A stretch of DNA of 64,000 nt from Planctomycetota bacterium. GTDB taxonomy: Bacteria > Planctomycetota > UBA1135. The notes under the pieces are model-generated. The model did not search any database. It was not told the DNA's origin and saw only the letters and a list, made by a program, of their open reading frames with translations. Location of the stretch: positions 342 through 64,341 of the forward strand of contig JBDQJC010000008.1 of assembly GCA_040264055.1 (NCBI GenBank). Direction: 5' to 3'. Numbering within the stretch: the first letter of the stretch is position 1; each line of letters starts with the position of its first letter. Shown piece after piece: positions 45,355 to 53,832 of this stretch. Position numbers and translations under genes: made by a program.

Positions 45355-45791
45355 GCCTTGCGCCGAGAAGCCGAAAGCACTGGCACCGGTCGACGGTTCT
45401 CGTCGACGGCGACGTAGGTAACTTCGGCTTCGGTCACCTGCATCTCTTCGCCGTCCGAATCGTCTTTGCGCTGCACACAGACGACCACTTTGACTTGCAC
45501 CGAGGTGCGGCCGACATGGCAAACTTGCGCGTAAAACGAGACGAGATCGCCGACAAAGACCGGCTCGTGAAACACGATCTCGTTCATCGCAACGGTGACG
45601 AAGCGGCGCGCTGGATTGAGCTTGCGCACCGGAACGACACCCGCCAAGTCAATGTGGGCCAGGATCACGCCGCCGAAGATCGTGCCCTGCGCATTGGTAT
45701 CGCGCGGCAGCAGGATCGTGCGTAGCGCGAGTTCCTTCGGATAGGCACAATCGTCGCCACAGAGCTCGGGGCCTTCGGTCGTTTTAGACAT
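45351..45791 (-). CDS. Hotdog-fold acyl-CoA thioesterase (YciA-like)
   Basis: LPRDTNAQGTIFGGVILAHIDLAG. Confidence 0.85.
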   Translation of the reverse strand: MSKTTEGPELCGDDCAYPKELALRTILLPRDTNAQGTIFGGVILAHIDLAGVVPVRKLNPARRFVTVAMNEIVFHEPVFVGDLVSFYAQVCHVGRTSVQVKVVVCVQRKDDSDGEEMQVTEAEVTYVAVDENRRPVPVLSASRRKA

Positions 45792-45816
45792 CGTTTGCTT
45801 GCTTCCAGCGCACGGC

Positions 45817-46581
45817 TTAGTTCAGCTCGCGCAAACGGAGGTTGCGGTATTCAACGGGCGCGCCTTCGGACTCGAGGGCCAAGTAGCCGGTGGAAGGCGA
45901 GCATTCGCTGCCTTGATTCACCAACTCGCCATTCACCCATAAGGTGACTTCGCCATCAACGGCTCGAATCGCGTAGCGATTCCATTCGCCGGCCGGGCGC
46001 ACCAAGCGCGCGGTTGGGAAACTGCGTTGACTATCCGGGCCGCCTACTGTGTAGGTCGTGCCGTCGGCTTTGGAATAGTCGATTTGCGGGGTGGCGGCCT
46101 TCATGCTGGCTTGGCCAACCGGGAAGACATCGCCATGCGAAGTGAACCAATTGGAAGGCTCGCCTTTCGACTTCTCCCAGTTCTCTTCGTATCCAAGATC
46201 GAGCACCTGCACTTCAATGCCGGTGCGAGGCAAGGTGCCGGGGGGCAAATCGGTGAAAGCAGATTCCGGGCACCAAAGGAAGACGCCCGCATTGCCAGCG
46301 TGGGTCTGGTGCTTCCATTCGAGCGTCAACTCGAAGTTGGTGTACTGCTTGAGCGAGCGCGCGCCGCCGTTCGGTACACCCGAGCACAGGATCGTGTCGC
46401 CGACTTGCTTCCAGGTTTCGTCGGTGCCATTCACGTTGACGAAGTCGTCGAGGCTCAGCTTCACCCAACCCTTGCTGGTCTGAAACTCGGCCGGCATGTC
46501 CGAGTGAGGAGCGGTCGCGCAGCAACTGAAGAGAGTCGCGACGCCAAGCAAAAGCGTAGGAAGCAGGAGGGCCTTCAACAT
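45817..46581 (-). CDS. DUF1080 (3-keto-disaccharide hydrolase-like) secreted protein
   Basis: Trimmed to ATG 46581 (MLKALLLPTLLLGVATLFSCC). C-terminal VEYRNLRLRELN. Confidence 0.8.
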   Translation of the reverse strand: MLKALLLPTLLLGVATLFSCCATAPHSDMPAEFQTSKGWVKLSLDDFVNVNGTDETWKQVGDTILCSGVPNGGARSLKQYTNFELTLEWKHQTHAGNAGVFLWCPESAFTDLPPGTLPRTGIEVQVLDLGYEENWEKSKGEPSNWFTSHGDVFPVGQASMKAATPQIDYSKADGTTYTVGGPDSQRSFPTARLVRPAGEWNRYAIRAVDGEVTLWVNGELVNQGSECSPSTGYLALESEGAPVEYRNLRLRELN

Positions 46582-46609
46582 GGCAGCAGAGTCTACCGGA
46601 GCCGCACGG

Positions 46610-47266
46610 CTACTTGGCCAACCATGCTTCCAGCTGCCGCGCGGTCCAGCCGCTGACCTCATCGAGCTTGCCGGGGAAGAAATGCGTCGCGCCTTCGACC
46701 ACATGCAGCAATCCGCCCTGCTTTTCGACTCGGTTCATCGCCGCAAGGTTGACGTAGTCATCGGCCGAGCCGACCAGGAAGCTCGCCCGCGCGGGCCAGC
46801 CCTCGCCGTGCGGCCAAGCGTAGAAGTTGGTTGGCCAAGCAACGCCCATGTACCCAGCGGGTGGATTGCCGGCCGCAACCTCGCGGATCGAGTACTCCAA
46901 GCCAACCCGTGAACCGAAAGAGAAGCCCCAAACGAAGATCGGCACCCCGGGGACTTCACGGGCAAGCCACGCGACCGCAGCCGCGGCGTCGTCGACCTCG
47001 CCGTCTCCTTCGTCGTACTTGCCCTCGGATTGGCCAACACCGCGAAAATCAATGCGCAGGGCCGCGCAGCCGGCCGCCAGCGAGCCAAGCGCGCCATGCC
47101 TCACCACATTGTTCTGTCGCGTGCCGCCGTGCAAAGGGTGTGGGTGCAGGTGCAGCACGACCGCACGAGGCTCGGCGGTTGGCCGTTCGAATGTGGCGTG
47201 CAGTCGGCCCGCCGGTCCGTCGAGGAACAGCCGTCGCGGCGGAATGGTGTCGAGATCGCGGACCAT
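46610..47266 (-). CDS. Alpha/beta hydrolase (COG2945-like)
   Basis: HPHPLHGGT and the nucleophile elbow GFSFGS. Confidence 0.8.
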   Translation of the reverse strand: MVRDLDTIPPRRLFLDGPAGRLHATFERPTAEPRAVVLHLHPHPLHGGTRQNNVVRHGALGSLAAGCAALRIDFRGVGQSEGKYDEGDGEVDDAAAAVAWLAREVPGVPIFVWGFSFGSRVGLEYSIREVAAGNPPAGYMGVAWPTNFYAWPHGEGWPARASFLVGSADDYVNLAAMNRVEKQGGLLHVVEGATHFFPGKLDEVSGWTARQLEAWLAK

Positions 47267-47289
47267 TTCCTGCTAGTGTCGCATACGCC

Positions 47290-47778
47290 GTGGAACTTGT
47301 CGCGACCCTGTTGACCGATGTACCGCTCGATGCCGCGAGCTTTCGCGGAGTGTTAATGGACATGAGCCGATCGAGCTTGGCCGGTGCGATTGTGCCGGAT
47401 GAACTCACGGCGATTCACTCCTACGGAAACGCCGAGTACGACGACAGCGTGCGCGATGTGCGCGTGCGCGCGCGGCCAGCGAATACCGCCCCGCGCGCCG
47501 CCGTGGTCGAGCTAGCCAAGGTCGGCTTTCGGCCCGTCACCGCTATCTCGATCGAGACCTGGGGCGACGATTTGAGTCGCGACGACGCCTGGATCCTGTG
47601 TTCGCTTTACGCGGCGGAACTCCAAGGCTGGGTGCTGACCAGCTACTTGGACTACGACACCGCGCTCGCCTATCAAGGCGGCGAGGAATACGGACTTTTG
47701 CACGTGCCAATCGGCGGCCGCCGCCGCAGCGTGCTCATTGCCGCTTCAACGATGCGCGAACTCGCGGGATCGCGTTAA
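47290..47778 (+). CDS. Hypothetical cytoplasmic protein
   Basis: 3' part of ORF 46831-47778 that does not overlap the hydrolase gene. GC3-rich codons. GTG 47290 lies 10 nt after TGCTAGTGT (alternative ATG 47357). Confidence 0.45.
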   Translation: MELVATLLTDVPLDAASFRGVLMDMSRSSLAGAIVPDELTAIHSYGNAEYDDSVRDVRVRARPANTAPRAAVVELAKVGFRPVTAISIETWGDDLSRDDAWILCSLYAAELQGWVLTSYLDYDTALAYQGGEEYGLLHVPIGGRRRSVLIAASTMRELAGSR

Positions 47779-49037
47779 TACATGCCCGAAATCTTCTTCG
47801 ACTTGTAGTCGGGGAAGAAATCTTTGGGCACTTTGAAGTCGAAGGTGCCAGCGAGTACCGAATGGAAGACGTCGCGGAAGTCGGTCGTGACTTGTAGGTC
47901 GCGGCCTTCGTAAAGGCGCTCGGGCTTCAAGCCCTGCCAGTCGCCATAGACCTTGCCGCCCTTGACGCCGCCGCCAATCACGAACATGCCGCCGCCGTGA
48001 CCGTGGTCGGTGCCGCCGTTGCCGTTCTCGCGCACGGTGCGACCAAACTCGGTCATGACCACAATCGTGGTCGAATCCATCTTCGGCCCCATGTCGCGAC
48101 AGAAAGCGGCCAAAGAATCAGCGACGTCCTTCAGGCGCGTTGCCTGACGGCCTTCCGCGGCGCCTTGGTTGGCGTGGTCATCCCAACCGCCGTAGTCGAG
48201 GCCGGCAACTTCCAAACCTTCGCCCGCCTTCAGCACCTTGGCCATCGCCGCCAAGCGCTGCGAGAAGCGACCGCTGGGGTACTTCACTTCGGTCTTGCCC
48301 TTGGCCAGAATCTCTTGGTAACGACGCAGCGTTTCGATCGTCACTTTGCCACTCTTCACGATGCCGGCCGCATCTTCGGGTCGTTCCATTTCGCCCGGCA
48401 TTTCGCCTGCAGGCATCTCGCCCGCTCCCCCGCCATAGAACTCTTCGAAGCGATTCAGAGTCTTGGCACCCTTGGCCTTGTCCATGCCACTCGGCACAGC
48501 CAACACCGGGTATTCGCCGCGCAGGGAGCGCGGAAGCAGCTCTTGCATCGCCATCGCGCGGAACTGCGAAGAGTCCTTGTCTTGCGATTCGGCGAGGTAT
48601 CGGTTCAACCAACCCGAACGCACCGTGCGGTTGCCCGGCGCGGCAAACTCCATGAAGTCCTGCGCATCAAAGTGACTGCGCGTGGTGTGCGGCGAACCAA
48701 CCGCAACAATCGGCGCGAGCATCTTCTCTGCCCAGAGCGGTTCCAGTGAACGCATCGCCGGGTGCAGGCCCCAGTCCGCATCGAGCTCGACCAGGCCGTC
48801 GGCCTTCTCAAGCGCCAGCGTCGGACGCACCTCGGCGTAATCTTTGTCCTTGTACGGTGCGATGATGTTCAACCAGTCAGCGCCGCCGCGCAAATAGATG
48901 CAGACGATCGATTGTCCACTCTGCGGCGCGCCAGTGCGCATCGCTGCCTGCAGCATGGACTCGAACGGCGTCGTAGCAGTCACCAGACCAAGGGCTGATG
49001 CCTTCTTCAAAAAATCGCGACGGGAGGAGTTGCTCAT
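47775..49037 (-). CDS. DUF1501 protein (Tat-exported, sulfatase-fold)
   Basis: SRRDFLKKA Tat signal and the GGTDHGHGGGMFVIGGGVKGG motif. Confidence 0.85.
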   Translation of the reverse strand: MSNSSRRDFLKKASALGLVTATTPFESMLQAAMRTGAPQSGQSIVCIYLRGGADWLNIIAPYKDKDYAEVRPTLALEKADGLVELDADWGLHPAMRSLEPLWAEKMLAPIVAVGSPHTTRSHFDAQDFMEFAAPGNRTVRSGWLNRYLAESQDKDSSQFRAMAMQELLPRSLRGEYPVLAVPSGMDKAKGAKTLNRFEEFYGGGAGEMPAGEMPGEMERPEDAAGIVKSGKVTIETLRRYQEILAKGKTEVKYPSGRFSQRLAAMAKVLKAGEGLEVAGLDYGGWDDHANQGAAEGRQATRLKDVADSLAAFCRDMGPKMDSTTIVVMTEFGRTVRENGNGGTDHGHGGGMFVIGGGVKGGKVYGDWQGLKPERLYEGRDLQVTTDFRDVFHSVLAGTFDFKVPKDFFPDYKSKKISGMY

Positions 49038-49042
49038 GGAAT

Positions 49043-50602
49043 CTATTGCTGTTGGAACTCGGGTGAACCGAGAAGAAGGCCGACGAGAGTGGGACCAAGT
49101 TCACGCGAGTCAGGCACCCGCGCCTTGGTGAGGTACTCGTCCGTCACCGTCGAAAGCGCATTCCGGGTGCGCTGCCCGGCGCCGCCCGGGAGCAAGCGCT
49201 TGGTGAGATGGTGCTGCCACAGGCGCGGCACATCTTGCGGAAGGTCGTCAAAGAACTCGACCGGGATTTCGACGCCTTTGACTTTGCCGGTTGCCAGATC
49301 CAGGGCGAAGCTCCAGCGCGTCGCCATGACACCTGGGTCGAGCCAGGATTCGGCTGTGTCGTAATAACCGGTCGGGTCATCGCAATGCAGAATGGGCTGA
49401 CCCATATCACGCAAGGCGCCCAGACACCGATTGGCGTCGAACACTTCGGCGTTGACCGCGCGCAAGGCCGCGCACAAGAACTCAAACGGCGTGCGGAACT
49501 TGGAGCGCACAGCTTCGGGCGACCAGAAATCCTCGTGCGCAACAATGGCGCGCACCATGTCGGGGATTGATCCGTCCTTCTTGCGGTAAACGCTGGCCAC
49601 CGCTTTGACAATCGACTCGGAAGGTCGATCGCTGACAAAGAAGCGTGCAAGTTTGGTTGCGATAAATTCCGCCGTGCCTTTGTGCTCGGCAAGCATCGCG
49701 ACGATCTCTTCGCCTTCGCCGACGCCACCGTTGTCATTGTCTTCCCGAATCTTGCGACCCAGTACACGCTTATCCCCTTTGACGTGCATCTCGGGGCGGA
49801 AGCGGAAGCCCCATCCGCCCTCGCGACTACTATCAAATGTCCAGCCTGTCAGCGCCTCGGCAACCGCGATCACGTCTTTTTGTTTATAGACGTTGTCGAC
49901 GCCGAGCGTATGCAGTTCGAGTAGTTCGCGTGCGTAGTTTTCATTCAGCCCGCGCTGCGCGGCGATCTGCGCCGCTTCTTCGCCGCGCTCGCGCGAATCC
50001 GTGCGCCGACGCGTGCGTCGCTCGATCTCGGCGAGTTCTTGCTTCGACGGAGGCCGTCGCGACAAGTGGTTGTCGAGATAGTGCAGCATGGCCGGATGCT
50101 TAGCCGAAGCCATCAGCATCTCCGGAAAACTGCCGAGTGCGTGCCGGCGCACGACTTCGCGGTCGTACTCGGTAATCAGAAAGTCTGCCGGGCCGCCCTT
50201 GGTGTACGAAACATTGAAGTGATTGCGCCAGAAGTCGGAAAGCACCGCCTCGAGCTGTCGGCTACTCATGACCGAACGCGCAAAGACCGCGCGTTGCATT
50301 TCGCCTCGAGGGATGCGCCGGCGCTTTTGCAGCTCGGTGCGCTCAGCCGCCGACAGTTCGCTGTCGCTGCGGCCGTCAAAGGGCTCGCGCAGCCAGTCGT
50401 ACATACGAGCCGTCGAGAAATCGAGCGTTTGGAACTCGGGCATCAGCGCGAGCAGTCGCTCGTCTTGTTCCGTGCCCGGCGCAAGCTGCTCTTCGAGCCA
50501 AGCTTCTTCGCCCATCTCAAGCACACGCACAACTTCAGCCTCGGTGGGTCCGAAACTCAGTCTCGACAACAGGTGGACAGCGCGATCCCGCATAGCTCCC
50601 AT
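49043..50602 (-). CDS. DUF1800 protein
   Basis: ELHTLGVDNVYKQKDVIAVAEALTGWT. Trimmed to ATG 50602 because upstream codons overlap hbd. Confidence 0.8.
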   Translation of the reverse strand: MGAMRDRAVHLLSRLSFGPTEAEVVRVLEMGEEAWLEEQLAPGTEQDERLLALMPEFQTLDFSTARMYDWLREPFDGRSDSELSAAERTELQKRRRIPRGEMQRAVFARSVMSSRQLEAVLSDFWRNHFNVSYTKGGPADFLITEYDREVVRRHALGSFPEMLMASAKHPAMLHYLDNHLSRRPPSKQELAEIERRTRRRTDSRERGEEAAQIAAQRGLNENYARELLELHTLGVDNVYKQKDVIAVAEALTGWTFDSSREGGWGFRFRPEMHVKGDKRVLGRKIREDNDNGGVGEGEEIVAMLAEHKGTAEFIATKLARFFVSDRPSESIVKAVASVYRKKDGSIPDMVRAIVAHEDFWSPEAVRSKFRTPFEFLCAALRAVNAEVFDANRCLGALRDMGQPILHCDDPTGYYDTAESWLDPGVMATRWSFALDLATGKVKGVEIPVEFFDDLPQDVPRLWQHHLTKRLLPGGAGQRTRNALSTVTDEYLTKARVPDSRELGPTLVGLLLGSPEFQQQ

Positions 50603-50645
50603 GCTAACGGACGAACCCGAGCCTGGCGGGCTGGTTCCGACGGGG

Positions 50646-51509
50646 CTACTCAGACCAATCGTAGAAGCCCTGGCCGGACTTCTTGCCGAGCTTGCCGGCG
50701 GCGACCATGTCGCGCAGCAGTTGCGGCGGCTCAAAGCGCGGGCCGAGCGTCGCAGCGAGGTATTCGCTGATGCCGAGACGCACGTCGAGGCCGACCAGAT
50801 CGGTCAGCTTGAGTGGGCCCATCGGGAAACCGTAGCCGCGCATCATCGCGGTATCGATGTCGGCAGCGCTCGCGACACCTTCTTCGACCATGCGCATCGC
50901 CTCGAGGCCAATTGCCAAGCCCAGGCGCGAGCTCGCAAAACCCGGTGCATCTTTGACGACGATGCCATCCTTGCGCAAGCGCGTGGCGAGGCCGCGCGCG
51001 CAATCCAGCGCCTGTTCGGAAGTCTGCGCACCGACGACGATTTCGAGTAGCTTCATAATCGGCACCGGATTGAAAAAGTGCAGACCCAAGAAGCGCTCGG
51101 GTCGGTGTAGACAAGCAGCAATCTTGTCGATCGATAAGCTTGAAGTGTTGCTCGCGAGAATCGCTCCTTCCGGCGCAGCTGCCTCGACAGCTGTGAAAAC
51201 CGATTGCTTTAGTTCGATCTTCTCGGGAACCGCTTCGATCACTAAATCACACCCGGCGACGGCTGCCGCTAAGTCGGTTGAGCCGCTGACACGGCCGCGC
51301 ACCGCATCGGCGTCGGCTTGCTCCATCTTGCCGCGCGCAACTCCTTTGGCGAGCATCGATTCAATGTTCGCCAGACCTTTTTGCAGCGGTGCCTCGGCAA
51401 TGTCGAACAGCACCACCTGCATGCCTGCTTGCGCACAAACCTGCGCGATTCCGTTGCCCATCGTGCCGGCACCCAGCACCGCAGCCTTGTTGAGGTCATT
51501 CGCGTCCAT
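50646..51509 (-). CDS. hbd: 3-hydroxybutyryl-CoA / 3-hydroxyacyl-CoA dehydrogenase
   Basis: AAVLGAGTMGNGIAQV Rossmann motif and HFFNPVPIMKLLE. ATG 51509 has TATCCT 10 nt upstream (51520-51525, minus). Confidence 0.9.
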   Translation of the reverse strand: MDANDLNKAAVLGAGTMGNGIAQVCAQAGMQVVLFDIAEAPLQKGLANIESMLAKGVARGKMEQADADAVRGRVSGSTDLAAAVAGCDLVIEAVPEKIELKQSVFTAVEAAAPEGAILASNTSSLSIDKIAACLHRPERFLGLHFFNPVPIMKLLEIVVGAQTSEQALDCARGLATRLRKDGIVVKDAPGFASSRLGLAIGLEAMRMVEEGVASAADIDTAMMRGYGFPMGPLKLTDLVGLDVRLGISEYLAATLGPRFEPPQLLRDMVAAGKLGKKSGQGFYDWSE

Positions 51510-51569
51510 CACGCGCAACAGGATAGCCGCGCCCACGGCCTAGGCTCCGACCTGCAAGTCGGCCTTTGC

Positions 51570-53813
51570 CTATTCTTCGAGTTCGATCTCGCAGAAGCCA
51601 ATCGAAGTCTTGCCCAGTTCGGCGCCGTGGACTTCGAGCACGTGCACTTCGACTTGCTTGATGCGTACCTTCTTGCCCAGGTCGAGGCGTGCCTTCTCGA
51701 GCGGATCAGAAGGTACTTCAATCTCGTAGACGTCCTTCTTGTTCACGATCACGCGCAGTTTGCTCGGGCGCACCGCGCCCATTTGCACCGATCGATTGGT
51801 ATTTGGCACAAACCGCAGCGTCTTGGCTCGCACGCCTTTCGGGATCTCAAACAGAACCCAGGGGTCTAGATCGTCTGCCGCACACTTCCAGCCTTCGGAG
51901 TACGAAGCATCCGCCAGGTTTTCGGGCTTCAAGCCATCATTGAGCTGACTGGACGCGCGCCAACTCAAACCCTCGGCTTTCAGCAGTAGGTTGCGTTCCG
52001 AGGCGGTCGCCGCAGCCATCAGTTCATCGGAAACCACCAAGCGCACCTGAACCGGCAGCTTTGGACTGGTCAGAAGGCCGCCCGGAGTTTCCAGCCGACA
52101 CCAAATCTCCCAGCGCCCCGAGCGCGGAAGCTGCGTACGCAAGGTCCAGCGGCCTTGCACCATTTCACCGCCCCCCAAATTCAGCTCGAGCGTCTCGCCG
52201 ACGCGCGAGGCGAAGAAGTCGGCGGTTGTGCCCTCGACCCGACTATCGGCGACCCAAATCGTCATCGGCGTATCGCCCGAGGCGCGCAAAACGACATCGG
52301 CTTCTTCGGACGTGCTGAGCGCTTTCGGAGTTCCGCGACCATCTTCGGAAGTGACCGCGAGCGAGGTTGCTCGCTTGAGGAAAAGCAAACCCATGCTGGT
52401 GTCGCGCTCTTTATCGTTGTCGCCCGCGTTCTTCGGCCAAGTGCCCTGGTCCGATTGGTTGTCGACGAGAAAGCGCGCTCCTTCGAGGTACCAAGGGTGT
52501 TCGCCAAACACTTCACGCTTCAACAGGCTGCCGACGCGCTCCAGTCCGTACAGATGGAAATAGAGCCAACTTCGATTCGGAGGATTGCTCGAGACAGACC
52601 AGTTATTGCCCAGCCAAGCTGCGCCCAATTCGATCGCTCGCTCGGCGGCTTTGCGATCTCGCGCGCCAATCTTGTTGCCCGCGTTTGCCAAGGCAAGTGC
52701 CAGCACGGTCATCCCTGCGCTGGTCATCGACCCCGAAGCCTCGCCCGGGGCGCGATAGGTGAATCCGCGCTGGTAATCGGTGCCACCTTCGGCGAGCTCC
52801 TCTGCCGTCTGCAAAGACATCGTGCCCTCGAGTGCTTCGACCCAAAACTCGGGGTCGACCTTGATTTCGAAGACCCGCGCCGCGGCACTGATACCCAGGG
52901 CTGCAACGACATGATTGGAGAGGTCATCAGAACCGGGATAGCCATAAACCCCGCTGGCCGGCAGCGCTTGAATGAGCCACTCCATGACCTCCTCGACGCG
53001 GTCGCGGTGACTCTCGCCACCGTCGGCCGCCATCGCAAGCAAGTAAAAGCCCGCGCTGTAGGTCTTGTTCATGGGAACGCGGCGCAATGCCAAAAAGCCG
53101 CGTGAGACCGCAGGGTGATGCGGCGACAGCCCGCACTTCAGCAAGGCATACAAGACCACCGGAGTGATCCCGCCTGGGTAGTTGGCATGGGCGCCCCAAC
53201 TGCCATCGATCATTTGCCGATCGAGCAGGTAGGAAACCCCTCGATCGATTGACTTGTCGATGCTGCCTTGCATCTCGGCGAGCTCTTTCTGCCATCGGAA
53301 GGAGTTGCGCAAACCAAACGCAAAGCCGCGTTCATCCCCAGCGACTTTAATCAGAAGATGGTTCTTCCCTTCGCGAGCCGCCAAGTCGAGCTCGGTGGTA
53401 CTGCCCACCAACAACACCGCATCCAAGGACTCCGCAATAACCTTGCCGTTCAGCCAAACGCGATACGCACCCGCTGCGCTGAGTTCGACCGGTACCCTGC
53501 CGGCACTTTCGACTTCGAAGGAACGGTAGAGGTAGCCGACCGCATTCCCGCGACTCGCGAAGGCCCGCGCGAGGTTGACGGGATACCCGCCGATTGCATC
53601 TTGCCAACTGACTCGCGGCCCATCTTCACGCGAATAACTACCGCGTGGGTCGGGATCGCCGCCTCGTTGAATCCGCGCCAGAATGTCTTCGGGCGGAAGC
53701 TCCATCGCCAAACCTTCAGCAGGAGTTGGGGAAGTCCAAGGCCCCACCGCTTTCCAGTCGTCCCAAACCGGCTCGCTTTGGAGGAGGAGCGCGCAAAGTG
53801 CGCCGAGCAGCAT
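51570..53813 (-). CDS. Secreted protein: jelly-roll domain, prenyltransferase/squalene-oxidase-type alpha-toroid repeats and a discoidin-like C-terminus
   Basis: Repeats such as GVSYLLDRQMIDGSWG and FLVDNQSDQGTWP. N-terminal YRVWLNGKVI...GKNHLLIKV. C-terminal domain with DPWVLFEIP...IKQVEVHVLE. Confidence 0.65.
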   Translation of the reverse strand: MLLGALCALLLQSEPVWDDWKAVGPWTSPTPAEGLAMELPPEDILARIQRGGDPDPRGSYSREDGPRVSWQDAIGGYPVNLARAFASRGNAVGYLYRSFEVESAGRVPVELSAAGAYRVWLNGKVIAESLDAVLLVGSTTELDLAAREGKNHLLIKVAGDERGFAFGLRNSFRWQKELAEMQGSIDKSIDRGVSYLLDRQMIDGSWGAHANYPGGITPVVLYALLKCGLSPHHPAVSRGFLALRRVPMNKTYSAGFYLLAMAADGGESHRDRVEEVMEWLIQALPASGVYGYPGSDDLSNHVVAALGISAAARVFEIKVDPEFWVEALEGTMSLQTAEELAEGGTDYQRGFTYRAPGEASGSMTSAGMTVLALALANAGNKIGARDRKAAERAIELGAAWLGNNWSVSSNPPNRSWLYFHLYGLERVGSLLKREVFGEHPWYLEGARFLVDNQSDQGTWPKNAGDNDKERDTSMGLLFLKRATSLAVTSEDGRGTPKALSTSEEADVVLRASGDTPMTIWVADSRVEGTTADFFASRVGETLELNLGGGEMVQGRWTLRTQLPRSGRWEIWCRLETPGGLLTSPKLPVQVRLVVSDELMAAATASERNLLLKAEGLSWRASSQLNDGLKPENLADASYSEGWKCAADDLDPWVLFEIPKGVRAKTLRFVPNTNRSVQMGAVRPSKLRVIVNKKDVYEIEVPSDPLEKARLDLGKKVRIKQVEVHVLEVHGAELGKTSIGFCEIELEE

Positions 53814-53832
53814 TGCCCCAGGATACCGAATC

